From Lingula anatina (lineage: Eukaryota > Animalia > Brachiopoda), in NCBI GenBank assembly GCA_051362555.1, contig CM120648.1:17666587-17730586 (forward strand): a stretch of 64,000 nt of DNA, in the 5' to 3' direction. Positions within the stretch are counted from its first letter, which is position 1. The number at the start of each line of letters is the position of its first letter. A program made the position numbers and the translations under genes. A model generated the notes under the pieces. The model had not been told where the DNA came from and made no database searches. It was given only the letters and a program-made list of their open reading frames with translations. Positions 24,865 to 37,280 of this stretch are shown piece by piece.

Positions 24865-25438
24865 TAAAATTAAAAAGGAAGCCATACCGTACATATCAAC
24901 ATATAATCCAAAAAATCCGGAAATACATAAGGTCATTATAAAGAGTAAGAGACAAAGTCCATCACTAAAGCAAATTTTAACAAAAGCAAAATTTGAAAAC
25001 AATTCCAGGACATATGTGGAAACCTCAACAATACGAGTACAGAAATGTGAGGTACCCAGGTGTGGCACCTGTCCACTAATTAAAGAGGGGAGCCATATAA
25101 CATTTAAAAATGGACTTACATTCAGAATCAAACACCCATTCACCTGCACCAGCTCAAATTTAATCTATGTATTAACTTGCAGTGGATGCGGTGAGAACTA
25201 TATAGGACAAACTGGAGACACTCTCCGACATAGAATGACCGTTCACAGACAACAAATAAGACAACCTAAATATCAGTGCACGTCTGTGAGTGGGCACATT
25301 AGGGAATGCTCTATGAACAAAAACAAGGATTTTACGGTATTCCCATTTTATAAATTCACCAGGGAAACAACCCAAACAGAAAGGGAAATAAAAGAAAATC
25401 TATTCATTAATAAGTATAAACCTACATTGAATAGATAA
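24865..25438 (+). pseudogene. Penelope-type GIY-YIG endonuclease domain (C-terminal fragment)
   Basis: C...RCGTC linker, FTCTSSNLIYVLTCSGCGENYIGQTG...RMTVHR...H...E...I....P.LN; RT domain absent. Confidence 0.88.
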
Positions 25439-25528
25439 AAGCATTGGTAAAAGTAACAATTAAACACTCATTGTTAAAGACGTCACATTTAAGCCTTTAT
25501 GACATCACCTAGTAACAAATAAATAAAA

Positions 25529-25559
25529 CCCCCTGAAGAAAGAAAGAAACCGGTCGGGG
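25529..25559 (+). ncRNA. Minimal type I hammerhead ribozyme in the pLTR (inverted copy 24650-24680, minus strand)
   Basis: CCCC-CTGAAGA-aagaaa-GAAAC-CG-GTC-GGGG: stem I CCCC/GGGG, intact core, palindromic ACCGGT stem III, GUC cleavage triplet. Confidence 0.75.
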
Positions 25560-25588
25560 CAAGAAAGTTGCTGTTCTTCTTTTTCTTT

Positions 25589-25646
<58 letters not shown>

Positions 25647-25693
25647 TAATGATAGATCAATTATTTTATAATCAGGAATACACCACTGATATC

Positions 25694-26992
25694 ATGAAAG
25701 CCATCTCAATGCTTCGTTCCGTGTTCCACCAATCTATCCAAGTTCATCCACCAGTCCTGCATCTTACTATGACAATAAAGAGATGGAAGGGAGGCCAGTT
25801 ACCAGGGCAACACTCCCAGGAGCTAGCCGCAAGGACCAAGGCGGCTTACTCTCCATTTGAAACATTAAACAAATACGAGAGCCACGTGGATTTGTTCTCT
25901 TGCGACTATCTTGGACTTGGTCAAAACGAAGAGCTTAACCGGGTACACGCCGACGCGATTCTCCGTCACGGTATGGATCGAATCTGTTCCTGCGTTGTCT
26001 CACATCCAGTCGATTCTCCCGTTAAGGATACAGAGAGGGCCTTGGCGCGGTGGCTGAAGAGCGAAAGTGCTGCCCTCACCTACTCCTGCACAGCAGCAAA
26101 CATTGGAGCCATGGAGATATTGCTCAAAGGAAACCAGCGACCAGTCTACGTGGACCGTTTTGCTCATGCGACACTTCAAGTTGGGGTGACTTTTGCCGGT
26201 GCTGCGGGGAGATTGCATGTGTTTCAACACAATGATCTGGATCACCTCCGATCACTGATAATAAAATCAGGGAGCGGAGTGGTAGTCGTGGACTCGATTT
26301 ACAGCACCAACGGAGAAGAGGCACCGATGGCTGATTTGGTAGACTTGTGCCACGACCTTGGTTGCATCCTCGTCGTAGACGAGAGCCACGCACTTGGCGT
26401 AATAGGGGAGCAAGGTGAAGGTTTAGTCGCCCATCTTGGTCTCGAAGACGGCGTTCATGTAAGAACCACATCATTACATAAAAGCCTTACCTGTGATAAT
26501 GGCGTCATTGCCAGTAGCCGTGACATCACTGACTGCTTCAACCACGCCACAACGTTAGGCATATTCAGCAATGCCATGCAAATCTCGGGCGCCGTTAGAG
26601 TGAAAAAGGCAATGGAGTTGGCAATGCAGGCAACTGAACAGAGAGAGAACTTGCAAAACCTGTCTAAATCATTTCGACGACAGCTTAAAGAAGCCGGTTT
26701 CTCTGTAAGGGAAGACTTCGAACACCCCATAGTATCGGTTGTTGTCGGTCAGACTGAAAAGGCGATTGGCATACACCACTATCTTTGCTCTAACGGAATA
26801 TATCCATGGATTTTTGGTTACCCGGCAACCCCAAAAGACGGAGCCATGGTGAGATTTGTGATCAACCATTATTTGACGCCAGAGAAACTCGCCTACACCG
26901 TTGAAACAATGAGAAATCTCAAAGATGATCTAAAGACATGTTCTGGCATGGGAAGAGGGGACGAAAGTGCCAGCAGTCAAGATGTCGTATAA
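25694..26992 (+). CDS. CqsA/LqsA-like PLP-dependent alpha-oxoamine synthase, paralog 3 (432 aa)
   Basis: Same motifs, Lys at 26480-82; acceptor ataatcag| at 25675, putative donor ctcag|gtatga at 22851. Confidence 0.92.
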   Translation: MKAISMLRSVFHQSIQVHPPVLHLTMTIKRWKGGQLPGQHSQELAARTKAAYSPFETLNKYESHVDLFSCDYLGLGQNEELNRVHADAILRHGMDRICSCVVSHPVDSPVKDTERALARWLKSESAALTYSCTAANIGAMEILLKGNQRPVYVDRFAHATLQVGVTFAGAAGRLHVFQHNDLDHLRSLIIKSGSGVVVVDSIYSTNGEEAPMADLVDLCHDLGCILVVDESHALGVIGEQGEGLVAHLGLEDGVHVRTTSLHKSLTCDNGVIASSRDITDCFNHATTLGIFSNAMQISGAVRVKKAMELAMQATEQRENLQNLSKSFRRQLKEAGFSVREDFEHPIVSVVVGQTEKAIGIHHYLCSNGIYPWIFGYPATPKDGAMVRFVINHYLTPEKLAYTVETMRNLKDDLKTCSGMGRGDESASSQDVV

Positions 26993-28832
26993 TCTAGATG
27001 AAAAAATGCATAAACAACTTATTTAGCACTTTCAACCTAGACGAACACGGTGCTACAATTAAACATAACTATAATGGCTGTAACCAAGGCCTTCAAGCAC
27101 GATAGAATTTATATATCACAATTACAATATAATGATTCAAATCATTGGTAAACTGGACCAAGTTAAGTTGAACATGCATTGTATATGTACGTGTCACTGG
27201 TGTATCCGGTGTTTTGATAGCGGAGAGGCAGAAATACCAAAGACATTTATCAATACACATGGCCAATATTGCTGTAGTGAGAAAGGGTGGACTTATTGCT
27301 TGGTTGGTCACGTTATGTTTTTGGAGGAAAACGGATTCTACGCCACTGCATCTCCTCCCCGAAACTGCCATTACTAGAACATTCTTATTGGTTGGACATC
27401 AGCTGACGTCATTCGATATGTCATATTCTCACCTATTCAGTTATTCTTGTATATGTTGCAAAGAAATAATAAATCTTACAAAAGGGTCACTCAAAAATAA
27501 TATTGACAACCACTGCGTGTTTTTTTTGTAACAGTTTATGTCCGTCCTGTCTTCCATTCATGCAATCGTACGCTCCAATGTTGACCGTACTTTCCTTCTC
27601 TGCAGTTATCAACCTTTCTTCACATATTCAGTTATTGAATAGACAACACACCTAATAGCGTTTCTTTATAACGTAATAGACAGATGGCCATTGATGACAC
27701 TAACCGTAGCAGGTCGGGTTGTATTCTGTCCGGAAAGACGAGAAAGTTAAATAATGACCATGTATACCTTAGAAACAAGCAATGTGTGACATTTATGATA
27801 TAAGCAGTGCATTACTGGAGCGGATCCAGGATTACTTAAAGGGGGTCGTTTTTTTTTTTTTTTTTTTTTTTTTTTGAAAGACAGGTCTGGAAAGCGAAGC
27901 CCGCCCTTGCCCCTTGACGGACCGTGGCGTGCTATTGGTATAGAGCTATAATTCAGCAAGTCAAAATTCTAACTTCTAGAGGGGAATATTGGTGCGTTTT
28001 TTTTTTTTTTTTCAGAAACCGAAAGAGGGCATCAGGACACCACGTACGCTCTTACGACCGCCACTTCCTTTACATTCTGATCCCTTTTTATACCCTCAAT
28101 CAATCCCTTGGTTTTAACATCGTTTACAATAAGGTGATTTCTCTTTCGTCTCCTTACAACCGCCCCAGTAGATTCTCTGCATGTGCTCTCCTCGCTGTCA
28201 GTAACTCGCTCCACAATTAGCGAAGTATGATTCGCATATCCGCATATTTCGCAAGAAAAGTTCCGGCATTCACACTAGTACAATCAAAGGCAAAAAGAAA
28301 TAAACACAAGGAGAAAGAACGCATCCCTGTGATGTACTGTTATTTAAAACTATTGCTTTTGAAATAACAGAACCAACTTGAACAGGTAGTTTAGTATCAA
28401 AACTACCCCAATTTTGGGAAACAATAAGATAATACAAACGAAGTTTTTCCTTGGCAAAAATCAAGGCAATTAATTCCAATTTCATGTAGTAAGCATGAGC
28501 TCTTCCAAAGTTGCGATGTTTTTCTTATCGAATAAGAAAATAACTTTTGGCAACTGCCATTGTTTACGCGAGTTGATTTCAGAAAATTTGGATCGATCGC
28601 TGTGAAATTAAATCTAAATATTTCCCACCATTCAGTATAAGTAGTCAGTGAAAAGTGGGTTAAATACCATTTATTGGAGCTTAATGTACAACTGCTTCCT
28701 GTGTGCAACAAGATTGAAATAACTATTGAGGAAACTATAATAAAAGCAAAATTATAACACAATTACTGCTGGGAAATGATAGAGTATTTTAAATTAACTT
28801 CTGACATAGGACGACTTGAATTAGTACAAATT

Positions 28833-31800
28833 ATGCCAACTGCAGTCAACATTAAGTCTCTTAAAGCGGTGGTGTCGGCATCCTTGGTTTTCTCCATCTT
28901 GGCACTGGTATGTGGCACGGGTCACCATTATTACAACCCAGAGGGCTGCAAGGCACACGTCTCTCACTCTTCTGTGTTCAAGTCTCTAGCTGTAAGGGGT
29001 GTGGCTTGGTGTGCGTCTCATTGCTCCCTTGAGGAGGCATGTAAGGGGTTTAACTTGGATTTCGTTGATGCCGAATTTATATCGTGCGAACTGGTGAATG
29101 TCACATCAGATATAAATGGAACAGATCTCATTTGGCGACCTGGATACTCTTACTATGAAAAGGTGAGAAAACTGGAATCTGTATTTGTTCTCGTGAAGCT
29201 ATGTATCTTAATCGAGCACGTTGGAATGCTTCTTAACAAAGATGTATAACTGTTATGAAAAAGCACTATTACCAGGAAAATTAAGAAAATACCGGCAAAA
29301 ATGAAATCTCTGAAAAGAAAGTAGTGGTTGCTTTTTCAATCAACGGCTAATATTGAAATCGATGTATACCTTCAATATTTTTATATCTATCTAGAACACC
29401 TTCTCAGGGAATGAGATTTCACCCTTTTCTATACATAACATCGCTTTTTTCAATGTTCTATTACTCCTCTTCTATCTGTTTCTTTATTTATTTATCTAAA
29501 CATTTTCTTTTTCTTTTTCTTTTCTTTTGCTGGCATATTTGTTTCACAAATTCTAACATGTTATGGCAGTATATATTAAAACCTGTCAAAACGAGCCCAA
29601 ACATGTGATTTGTATCACATATATTTTACCATTTCCAGGTATCCGCTGGCTTCGTGACCGATACTTGCGAGCTGTTCAATTTTACAGGTACGTTTTTAAT
29701 TGTAAACTTGATAAACTTTATTTCGATTACAATACAGATGCAGTTAACGTTATTACGATTACAATACAGATGGAGTTAATGTTATTACGATTACAATACA
29801 GATGGAGTTAACGTTATTACGATTACAATACAGATGGAGTTAACGTTATTACGATTACAATACAGATGGAGTTAACGTTATTACGATTACAATACAGATG
29901 CAGTTAACGTTATTACGATTACAATACAGATGGAGTTAACGTTATTATGATTACAATACAGATGGAGTTAACGTTATTAAGATTACAATACAGATGGAGT
30001 TAACGTTATTACGATTACAATACAGATGCAGTTAACGTTATTACGATTACAATACAGATGGAGTTAACGTTATTACAATTACAATACAGATGGAGTTAAC
30101 GTTATTACGATTACAATACAGATGGAGTTAACGTTATTACGATTACAATACAGATGGAGTTAACGTTATTACGATTACAATACAGATGCAGTTAACGTTA
30201 TTACGATTACAGTACAGATGGAGTTAACGTTATGAAACAATGGCCACTGGGCAATGCTTTTTCAAAAGGTCGTATTTGGAGTGAGGCCCTCAAACGTTTT
30301 TATTGTTAGTTTATCATTTTCCTTATAACTAGCCACAGAACAACAAAATATCAAACAATTTTAATTCAAAATCGGAACCATCGTAATCAAAGCAGAGCCA
30401 GGTGCGTCAAGAATCCTGGGATAAGAATTGACACTACACTTTCCAGGAATAAGATTATTTCCAAGAAACGGTTTTGAGGAAAAAAAGACGTTCCCAAAAT
30501 GGCCACAAGATTGTTAATTCGTACGACTTTGAACAGTTACTTCACACAGACACTGGCTGCCACTCCAAGCCGAGATTGTATTCTAATAGTTAATTATATT
30601 CCATGGTGCATTTTTTTTCAAGTAGCAACAACGTGTCAGATCAATCAACTGGTTTATCTATTTTCTAACCATAATTTTGTCATCACAAGATTTCTTTTTT
30701 TGAAACATCTAATTCTTAGAGCCAACCGGAGCATTTCTTAGAACCCAACTGGTCCAGTTGAATGGAACATGATACCAATTGAAATCCCCTAAATTGAGCC
30801 AACTGCTTACATAAAGAACAAAGTTAATTCATGACAATTAAAAATTTGAATAATTAGTTTACTTGAAATTAATAATATATGAAAAAAGGTTTTTTCTAGA
30901 ATCACCACATTTCAGATTTTATATATTTTGTAAACGGCAACATTTGTTTCTTAAGTATCGAAATATGAATTACTGAATGTCAAATGTATTTTAGACTTTA
31001 GTTTAATGTATTGTTATTACACACAAAATCGTTGACACGATAACGCTCACTTAAAATAAGTTAAAACTTGAGTCTTAATATCTTATTTGAGTCATTACTT
31101 AAAAGAAGTTGGATATTCAAGGATTCCCCTCTTAACGCCACAATAAATACAGTGGAACTCGAAACGTGTATACATCCTAGTTTTCAACAGTAAGTGATGC
31201 GCCTTGGAGATCAATTAAGAAAAACCCGGCAGGTGAAATCTATAAAGATCTTTTATGCATTGTGTGCCTTCATAAACATGTACTATATAATTATCTCCAG
31301 CACTGCCTTCAGTCCCAGAGGGGTTTGTACAGCTGGGAAATCCTTCAGCGTGGTATTACCACGGGACAAACAAAGTGTGGGAAGAAGCCAGGTCTTACTG
31401 TCGGTCTCTGGGCTCTTCCATCTTCCTGACGACAATTAAGGACGCCGAAGAGAACGCTGTGCTTGTTGATTATGTACACGCCAATGGCGGAAGTAAGAGG
31501 CTCAATTTTATGCTATTGAAAAGTGATTTATGATGAAAAGATCGCGTACCACTTTTAACGGGATTGTTGTTTTGTTGCTATTGTATTTATAATATTATAG
31601 TATTTAATCCGTATTATCATTTTCGCTGGTGGATTCATCATTATTTTAATGTTTCAATGTCAGTATCCTTTCTTAGCTATAAAACTCTTTTTGTTGGATA
31701 TATAATATTCAGTCAGAAACCTCTCAAAATGAATAAATAAACGTTTCCCCACATATAATCCGCTATGTATTTATAATATTGCGATATGTTCCAGCACATT

Positions 31801-32018
31801 TTTGGACTGATGGAATCAATGGCGGCGCCCACTGGGTCTGGAACCGTACTGGCGAGAACATAACGTATACCGACTGGGCAAGCGTTTCCAGCGGCACCGG
31901 ATGTTTGGTCATTGCTGTAAGACCGGACACCAGTGACCCTACTCATGGACAATGGTACAAAAACGCTTGTAATCACCCTTTTGATTTCGTCTGTAAACTA
32001 TATCACTCTTTTACCTGA
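28833..32018 (+). CDS. Secreted PAN/apple + C-type lectin-like protein A (260 aa); exons 28833-29162, 29639-29687, 31313-31492, 31795-32018
   Basis: Signal peptide; PAN CASHC....CKGFN......CEL; CTLD WEEARSYC..LG..L..I...EEN, FWTDG...WVW...TYTDW...C...GQW...C....FVCK; phase-compatible junctions. Confidence 0.85.
29725..30232. repeat. 32-bp minisatellite, ~16 copies, in intron 2 of lectin A
   Basis: Unit GATTACAATACAGATG(G/C)AGTTAACGTTATTAC, head-to-tail with no spacers. Confidence 0.95.
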
Positions 32019-33327
32019 AAAGCAGGTGTCATGTCTGTGAAATTTATTCAATGACACAATAAAGACACCGAGCAGAGGTAATCTGTACATATATTAGTAG
32101 ACGAGTTTTGATATATATGGTAAATGATATTCACGGAAATTTGCTCGTTTTATTATTTTTTTTTTTTTTTATCGTTATCTATGAAAAATGAAAAAGCCAA
32201 TGTCAATAATACGTAACCCATTGTTTAACGTGTCCAACCATAGAGGTGATCGTCAGAGTACAATAACGTAGAAATATCCATTGTTACATCAACAAGGGTG
32301 AACGTTTATTATGAGATGACAATAGCTGAATACAGATTATTGCTGGGTCACCACAACAATTAGATTTGGTTTCTTACTTTTATTAAGTAATGGTGTTCTA
32401 TTTTCTTTTAAGTCACGGAATAAAAAAAATTGTCGAGTAGTCAGCTTGATGTAGCTTACCGTTTCCAACTTTTCTCCAACTTTTGTAAAAAGAATGCCAA
32501 AGTGTACCTACCAAGGTGTTACATATACATTAGTTTTCATGTGTTGTTTATAAACGACGCGTTTTAAATATATAATACAGTTTTAATTAATAATATTTAT
32601 GACCACTAGAAAGAATCCTATGAGTTAAAGTCATAATAACTCTTCGTTTTGGCCAAAAAATGGATTTTCCTGGAAAAAACGGCAATTTTCCCGTACTTAC
32701 CAATGGTCAAAGACCCCATTCCTGCATACAAAGTTAATCCAGGGTTTTTTTCCTAAACGTACGGATTTTTGTTAAATATCTTAAGAGATTTTAACTGACG
32801 GAGCCCTCTTTGACATTGCATAGTCATTGGTGACCTACTTAAAACCGCGGGAAAAGCAGACAACAACAACACTATATAACAATAATATAAGATTCATGAG
32901 ATGTATTTGTCTTTTTGATAAAAATGCATTTATATCCACAATGTGTGCCATTCTGGGGTTTTCGTTATCCGACACACTGTACAAAAACTTGCAACTTACG
33001 TCTGCGTCTGCATCAATACGTTTCGCGCCATGTTATTTTGGTCTCGAATGAACACGAGAATCCGCGTGACACCCTTACGTCATTAGCAACGGATGCCTTG
33101 ATGACCAGGAATAAAGGCATCGTAAGCCCTATTGACAAGCACAGATTTTAGTTTTACTACAATAACGGCCGTTTTAGTGGTAAAATACAATAGAATATAT
33201 TTCCATGCGTTGTCTATAATGTATTTCTTGCGGAATATTGAATCTCAAATGAAGAGTTATTATTGCTTTACGAATAGCTGTAGGAAACTGATAAGTAATA
33301 AAAATGTATCATATTATTGAACAGTGC

Positions 33328-33359
<32 letters not shown>

Positions 33360-34008
33360 GTTTTGTTTTACCGTCATTGGTACAAACCCTTACATTGTAA
33401 CATGATAATGTAAGATAATTTCAATGTTTTAATTTCTACCTTACAAAGGAGTTTGAACGATAAACTACAGCGTATTGTGTACCCGTTTAAAAATGTTCCA
33501 AAGCCCAAAACAGACAAGTTCAGAGACAGGTCAAGCAATTATTTGTGAGGAAGATATTGACATTTTCCCAAAAAGAAATTAAATTACACTCAAATAATCT
33601 TCCAGGGAGTTTGCCGCGGGCGGGATAGTTGGGGCTCTAAATATACCTGCCAACACTACGCTTTTATCGAATATAAGACTAACAAATGACGAATGCCATT
33701 GTTTAAGTAAGTTGAAAGCAGGAAGTTTTGATCAATCATTGTAAAATAAAATTTAAATATTTCATTTCATTCCTTATAAGTAGAGAGTGAAGTGGGATAA
33801 AATATCATTTATTGCAGCTGCTGGTGCTGGAACTTGATTCGTATTAAGCCACGGAACGTGCAACCCAGAAACCACATTTATATTTAAACAAAATTTTAAT
33901 TACTATTGAGAAAAGACATCGTATTAACAAACTGATAAGTATCAAGACAACTCCAAGGTAGAGAACAGAGAATTTAAATTTACAAAATTGCCTAGGAAAA
34001 CGAAACGG

Positions 34009-36166
34009 ATGATGCCAACTGCAGTCAACATGAAGTCTCTCAATGTGGCGTTGTCTATGGCATTATCCATCTTGGCGCTGGTGTTTGGCTCGGGTCACCA
34101 TTATTACAACCCAGAGGGGTGCAAGACCCACATCTCTCACTCCTCTGTATTCATGTCTCTCGCCGTAAGGGGTGTGGCTTGGTGTGCGTCTCATTGCTCC
34201 CTGGATGAGGCATGTAAGGGGTTTAACTTGGAGCTCGCTTACTCCGAATTCAAATTGTGCGAACTGGTGAATGTCACATCAGATATATATGGAACAGATC
34301 TCATTTGGAGACCTGGATACTCCTTTTACGAAAAGGTGAGAAAGCTGGGAATGTCCTCCGTAATTGATGTCGAAGGTTAATCAATGTAAATTAATTTGGA
34401 ATGGCTTCAAACAAGTATGTTTAAGTTAATTGTACCTAAAATACTTTTTGGGAAAATTCTTGGATTTTATTCTGTGATTTCAATATTATTTGATTTCATG
34501 ATTTTAAATCCCTTGTTATTTCTGAATTAATTAGCTCATATTACATAATAAATAACTAAATTACAAAAGAAAACGTGAAGATCTATTTTGTAAAAGCCCT
34601 TGTTGCTGGAGCCAACGTCCTTTAAATAACGTCTAAGAGAACGGCTATATTTAACCCCTGTGCCATGAAATCATTTATTTGTCAATGAATCAAGTAATGA
34701 ATAAATCGATTTCGTTTTTTTTTTTTTTTTTTTTTTTTTGCTTTGATTATATTGGCCCTCATTTTGAATGAAAATGTATTTGATATTTTGTTCTTTAGTG
34801 GCTGGCTAGAACATAAATGATATACATGTACCTTTTTGCATTTAAAAAACTTGTGACGGCCTTACATCAATAGCACCTTTTGAAAAAGCATTGCCTAGTA
34901 ACTTTATAGTTTCATAACGTTAACTACAGCATAAGATTTTTTTATGATTCCATGCGTATCTTTATCGACTAAGAAGAATATCAATAAATATAATAGTTCA
35001 TTAATTTTTTTTTCATTTAATCGTGTCATTTAGCAGTACATTTAAAATCTGAACCACCTGGTACAACCAATCGCGAACGCGACAAGTGTCATACATATTT
35101 TACCATTTCCAGGTATCCACTGGCTTTGTGTCCAGCACTTGTGACCTGTTCAATTTAACAAGTATGTTGTTATCCTTTTTATTTTGCTTCTTCTTTAATA
35201 CATTTTGGACCACGTCAATGCACAATCAAACTATGGCGATGCCCGTCTTATATAGGTTCATGATCATTGACGTTATTTGTGTTTTGGATTAGTAAATGAT
35301 ACTGATAATTTCAAAAGCAGATAATGTTATATTGTTGTCACGATTGGAAAGATTGTTACTGCCGTTTTATTCCTTTTACGCTCTCCGCTTTACCGTCTAT
35401 CACCAGAAAGGAGAGAGAGGGAGAGAGAGAGAGAGATAGAGACCAGTCACATCATATGCATACTGCACGCACTTTTATTTACAAAATTACCAATAAAACA
35501 TGTTCTGCATTATTGCCTTCAGCCCCAGAGGGGTTTGTACAGCTGGGAAATCCTTCAGCGTGGTATTACCACGGGACTAACAAAGTGTGGGAAGAAGCCA
35601 GGTCCTTCTGTCAGTCTCTTGGCTCTTCGGTCTTCCTGACAACAATTGAGGACGCGGAAGAGAACGCTGTGCTTGTTGACTATGTTCACACCAATGGTGG
35701 AAGTAAGGAGTTAATATCACTTTTCCACATTAATGTTTTATTATCATCTAATTCTCGTGTAATTGCTATTACTATGCTATTACTATGTCGTTTTGTAGTT
35801 CTTTATTTTACTTTATACCATTAATATCAATATTGTGAGGATGATTTTTTTATGTAATGTAGGCCTATGTTTTAAGTAACAGTTCTACAGCAATTAGAGA
35901 AATAATTCTCTTTGATTGTGTGTTTTATTCCAGGACATTTTTGGACCGATGGTATCAATGGCGGCGGCTATTGGGTCTGGAATCACACAGGACACAACGT
36001 GACGTACACTAACTGGGCAGGCATTTCGTCTCGTCAAATCTCGACCAGATGCCTTATTGTTATGGTTCGGTGGAACACCACTTACCCCACTCACGGACAA
36101 TGGTTCAGACCGTCTTGTGACTTAAGCGTCGATTTTATTTGTAAAATCTATCCCTTTTTCTCCTAA
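34009..36166 (+). CDS. PAN/apple + C-type lectin-like protein B (262 aa); exons 34009-34335, 35113-35161, 35523-35702, 35934-36166
   Basis: Paralog of A with the same exon structure (49- and 180-nt internal exons). Confidence 0.85.
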
Positions 36167-36612
36167 TAAGCTTGTGTTGTACCTGCTATAATAATGAGAA
36201 TGACACAAGGAAAAATACCTAGGAAAAGCAAATTCGATATGAAACAGGAGACGAGGTTACAATATACATGGCTTAGGAATGAAAACTTGTTTTTGTCTCT
36301 TTTCAGTGTAGATTTTACCTGTGTTACATGTTACCCATCTTTCTTCACTTACCCGACTCATGGACAATGGTTCAGACCGTCTTGTGACTTAAGCGTCGAT
36401 TTTATTTGTAAAATCTATCCCTTTTTCTCCTAATAAGCTTGTGTTGTACCTGCTATAACAATGAGAATGACACAAGGAAAAATACCTAGGAAAAGCAAAT
36501 TCGATATGAAACAGGAGACGAGGTTACAATATACATGGCATAGGAATGGAAACTTGTTTTTGTCTCTTTTTGAACAGTGTAGATTTTACCTGTGTTACAT
36601 GTTACCCATCTT
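36079..36612 (+). repeat. 267-bp tandem duplication of the lectin B C-terminus and 3'UTR
   Basis: CACTTACCC...GGACAATGGTTCAGACCG...TGTTACCCATCTTTCTT at ~36079 and ~36346. Confidence 0.9.
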
Positions 36613-37220
36613 TCTTCAAGTGGAGACTTATTTAACAACGTTTTAAATGATTGTGGTTGTATGTGCGTTCCACTTTCTTTGGGCATCTTGATATGGGTTA
36701 ACAAGTCCTGACAGCCTTTAGAAACTTCTCTTTGAAACTTAAATTTATTTTTTGTGACACTTTTTCTGTTGGACCAACGAAACCTCACACAAAAGCACAT
36801 TTGTTGACTTTGTGTTTGTTTATTGTTCATTTCAATATTAGTTTTCAATCTCAAATACTTGTCAGATTTCCCGTGGCTTTGTCAAATTATCACGTAGCGT
36901 TAAGTGATAACACCTCAAGGCCAATCAGTATCTCTCTTGGAATATAGTAGGATCTGGACTTGTGTTTTCGACTCCTTTTTGCTTCAAGATAAAGCCAATA
37001 CTCTCTGAACAAACAACCATAGGTTTACCTTTAAAAAGTGGCATTTAAGAATATATTTGAGAATATCTACCCGTCTATGTATGGTTGTTTGTGAGAAAAA
37101 AATCTGAATAAACACAGATGTTATTTACTCACGCCCAAGTTTTATCTCCTTACCTTAAATGTCTATATGTGTTTCAAGAGACTGATAGAGAGGATGGATT
37201 TCTATTTCTTCTTTCCATCC

Positions 37221-37280
<60 letters not shown>

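Larger units (their letters stand above)
24610..25595 (+). mobile_element. 5'-truncated Penelope-like retroelement with inverted pseudo-LTR
   Basis: ~24610-24862 is the reverse complement of ~25346-25595; it encloses a GIY-YIG ORF and lies between (TA)n tracts. Confidence 0.88.

Noticed and set aside
25568-25693. N-terminal ORF extensions of paralog 3 (and 14309-14374 of paralog 1)
   Set aside because: Translations of microsatellite and intron sequence upstream of the splice acceptor
13013-26992. Bacterial contamination or misassembly as the source of the CqsA-like genes
   Set aside because: No operon or neighbouring bacterial genes such as cqsS; copies have splice signals, microsatellites, homologous UTRs and eukaryotic TEs between them
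29725-30232. CRISPR array
   Set aside because: 32-bp units are contiguous with no unique spacers, there are no cas genes, and it lies in a eukaryotic intron
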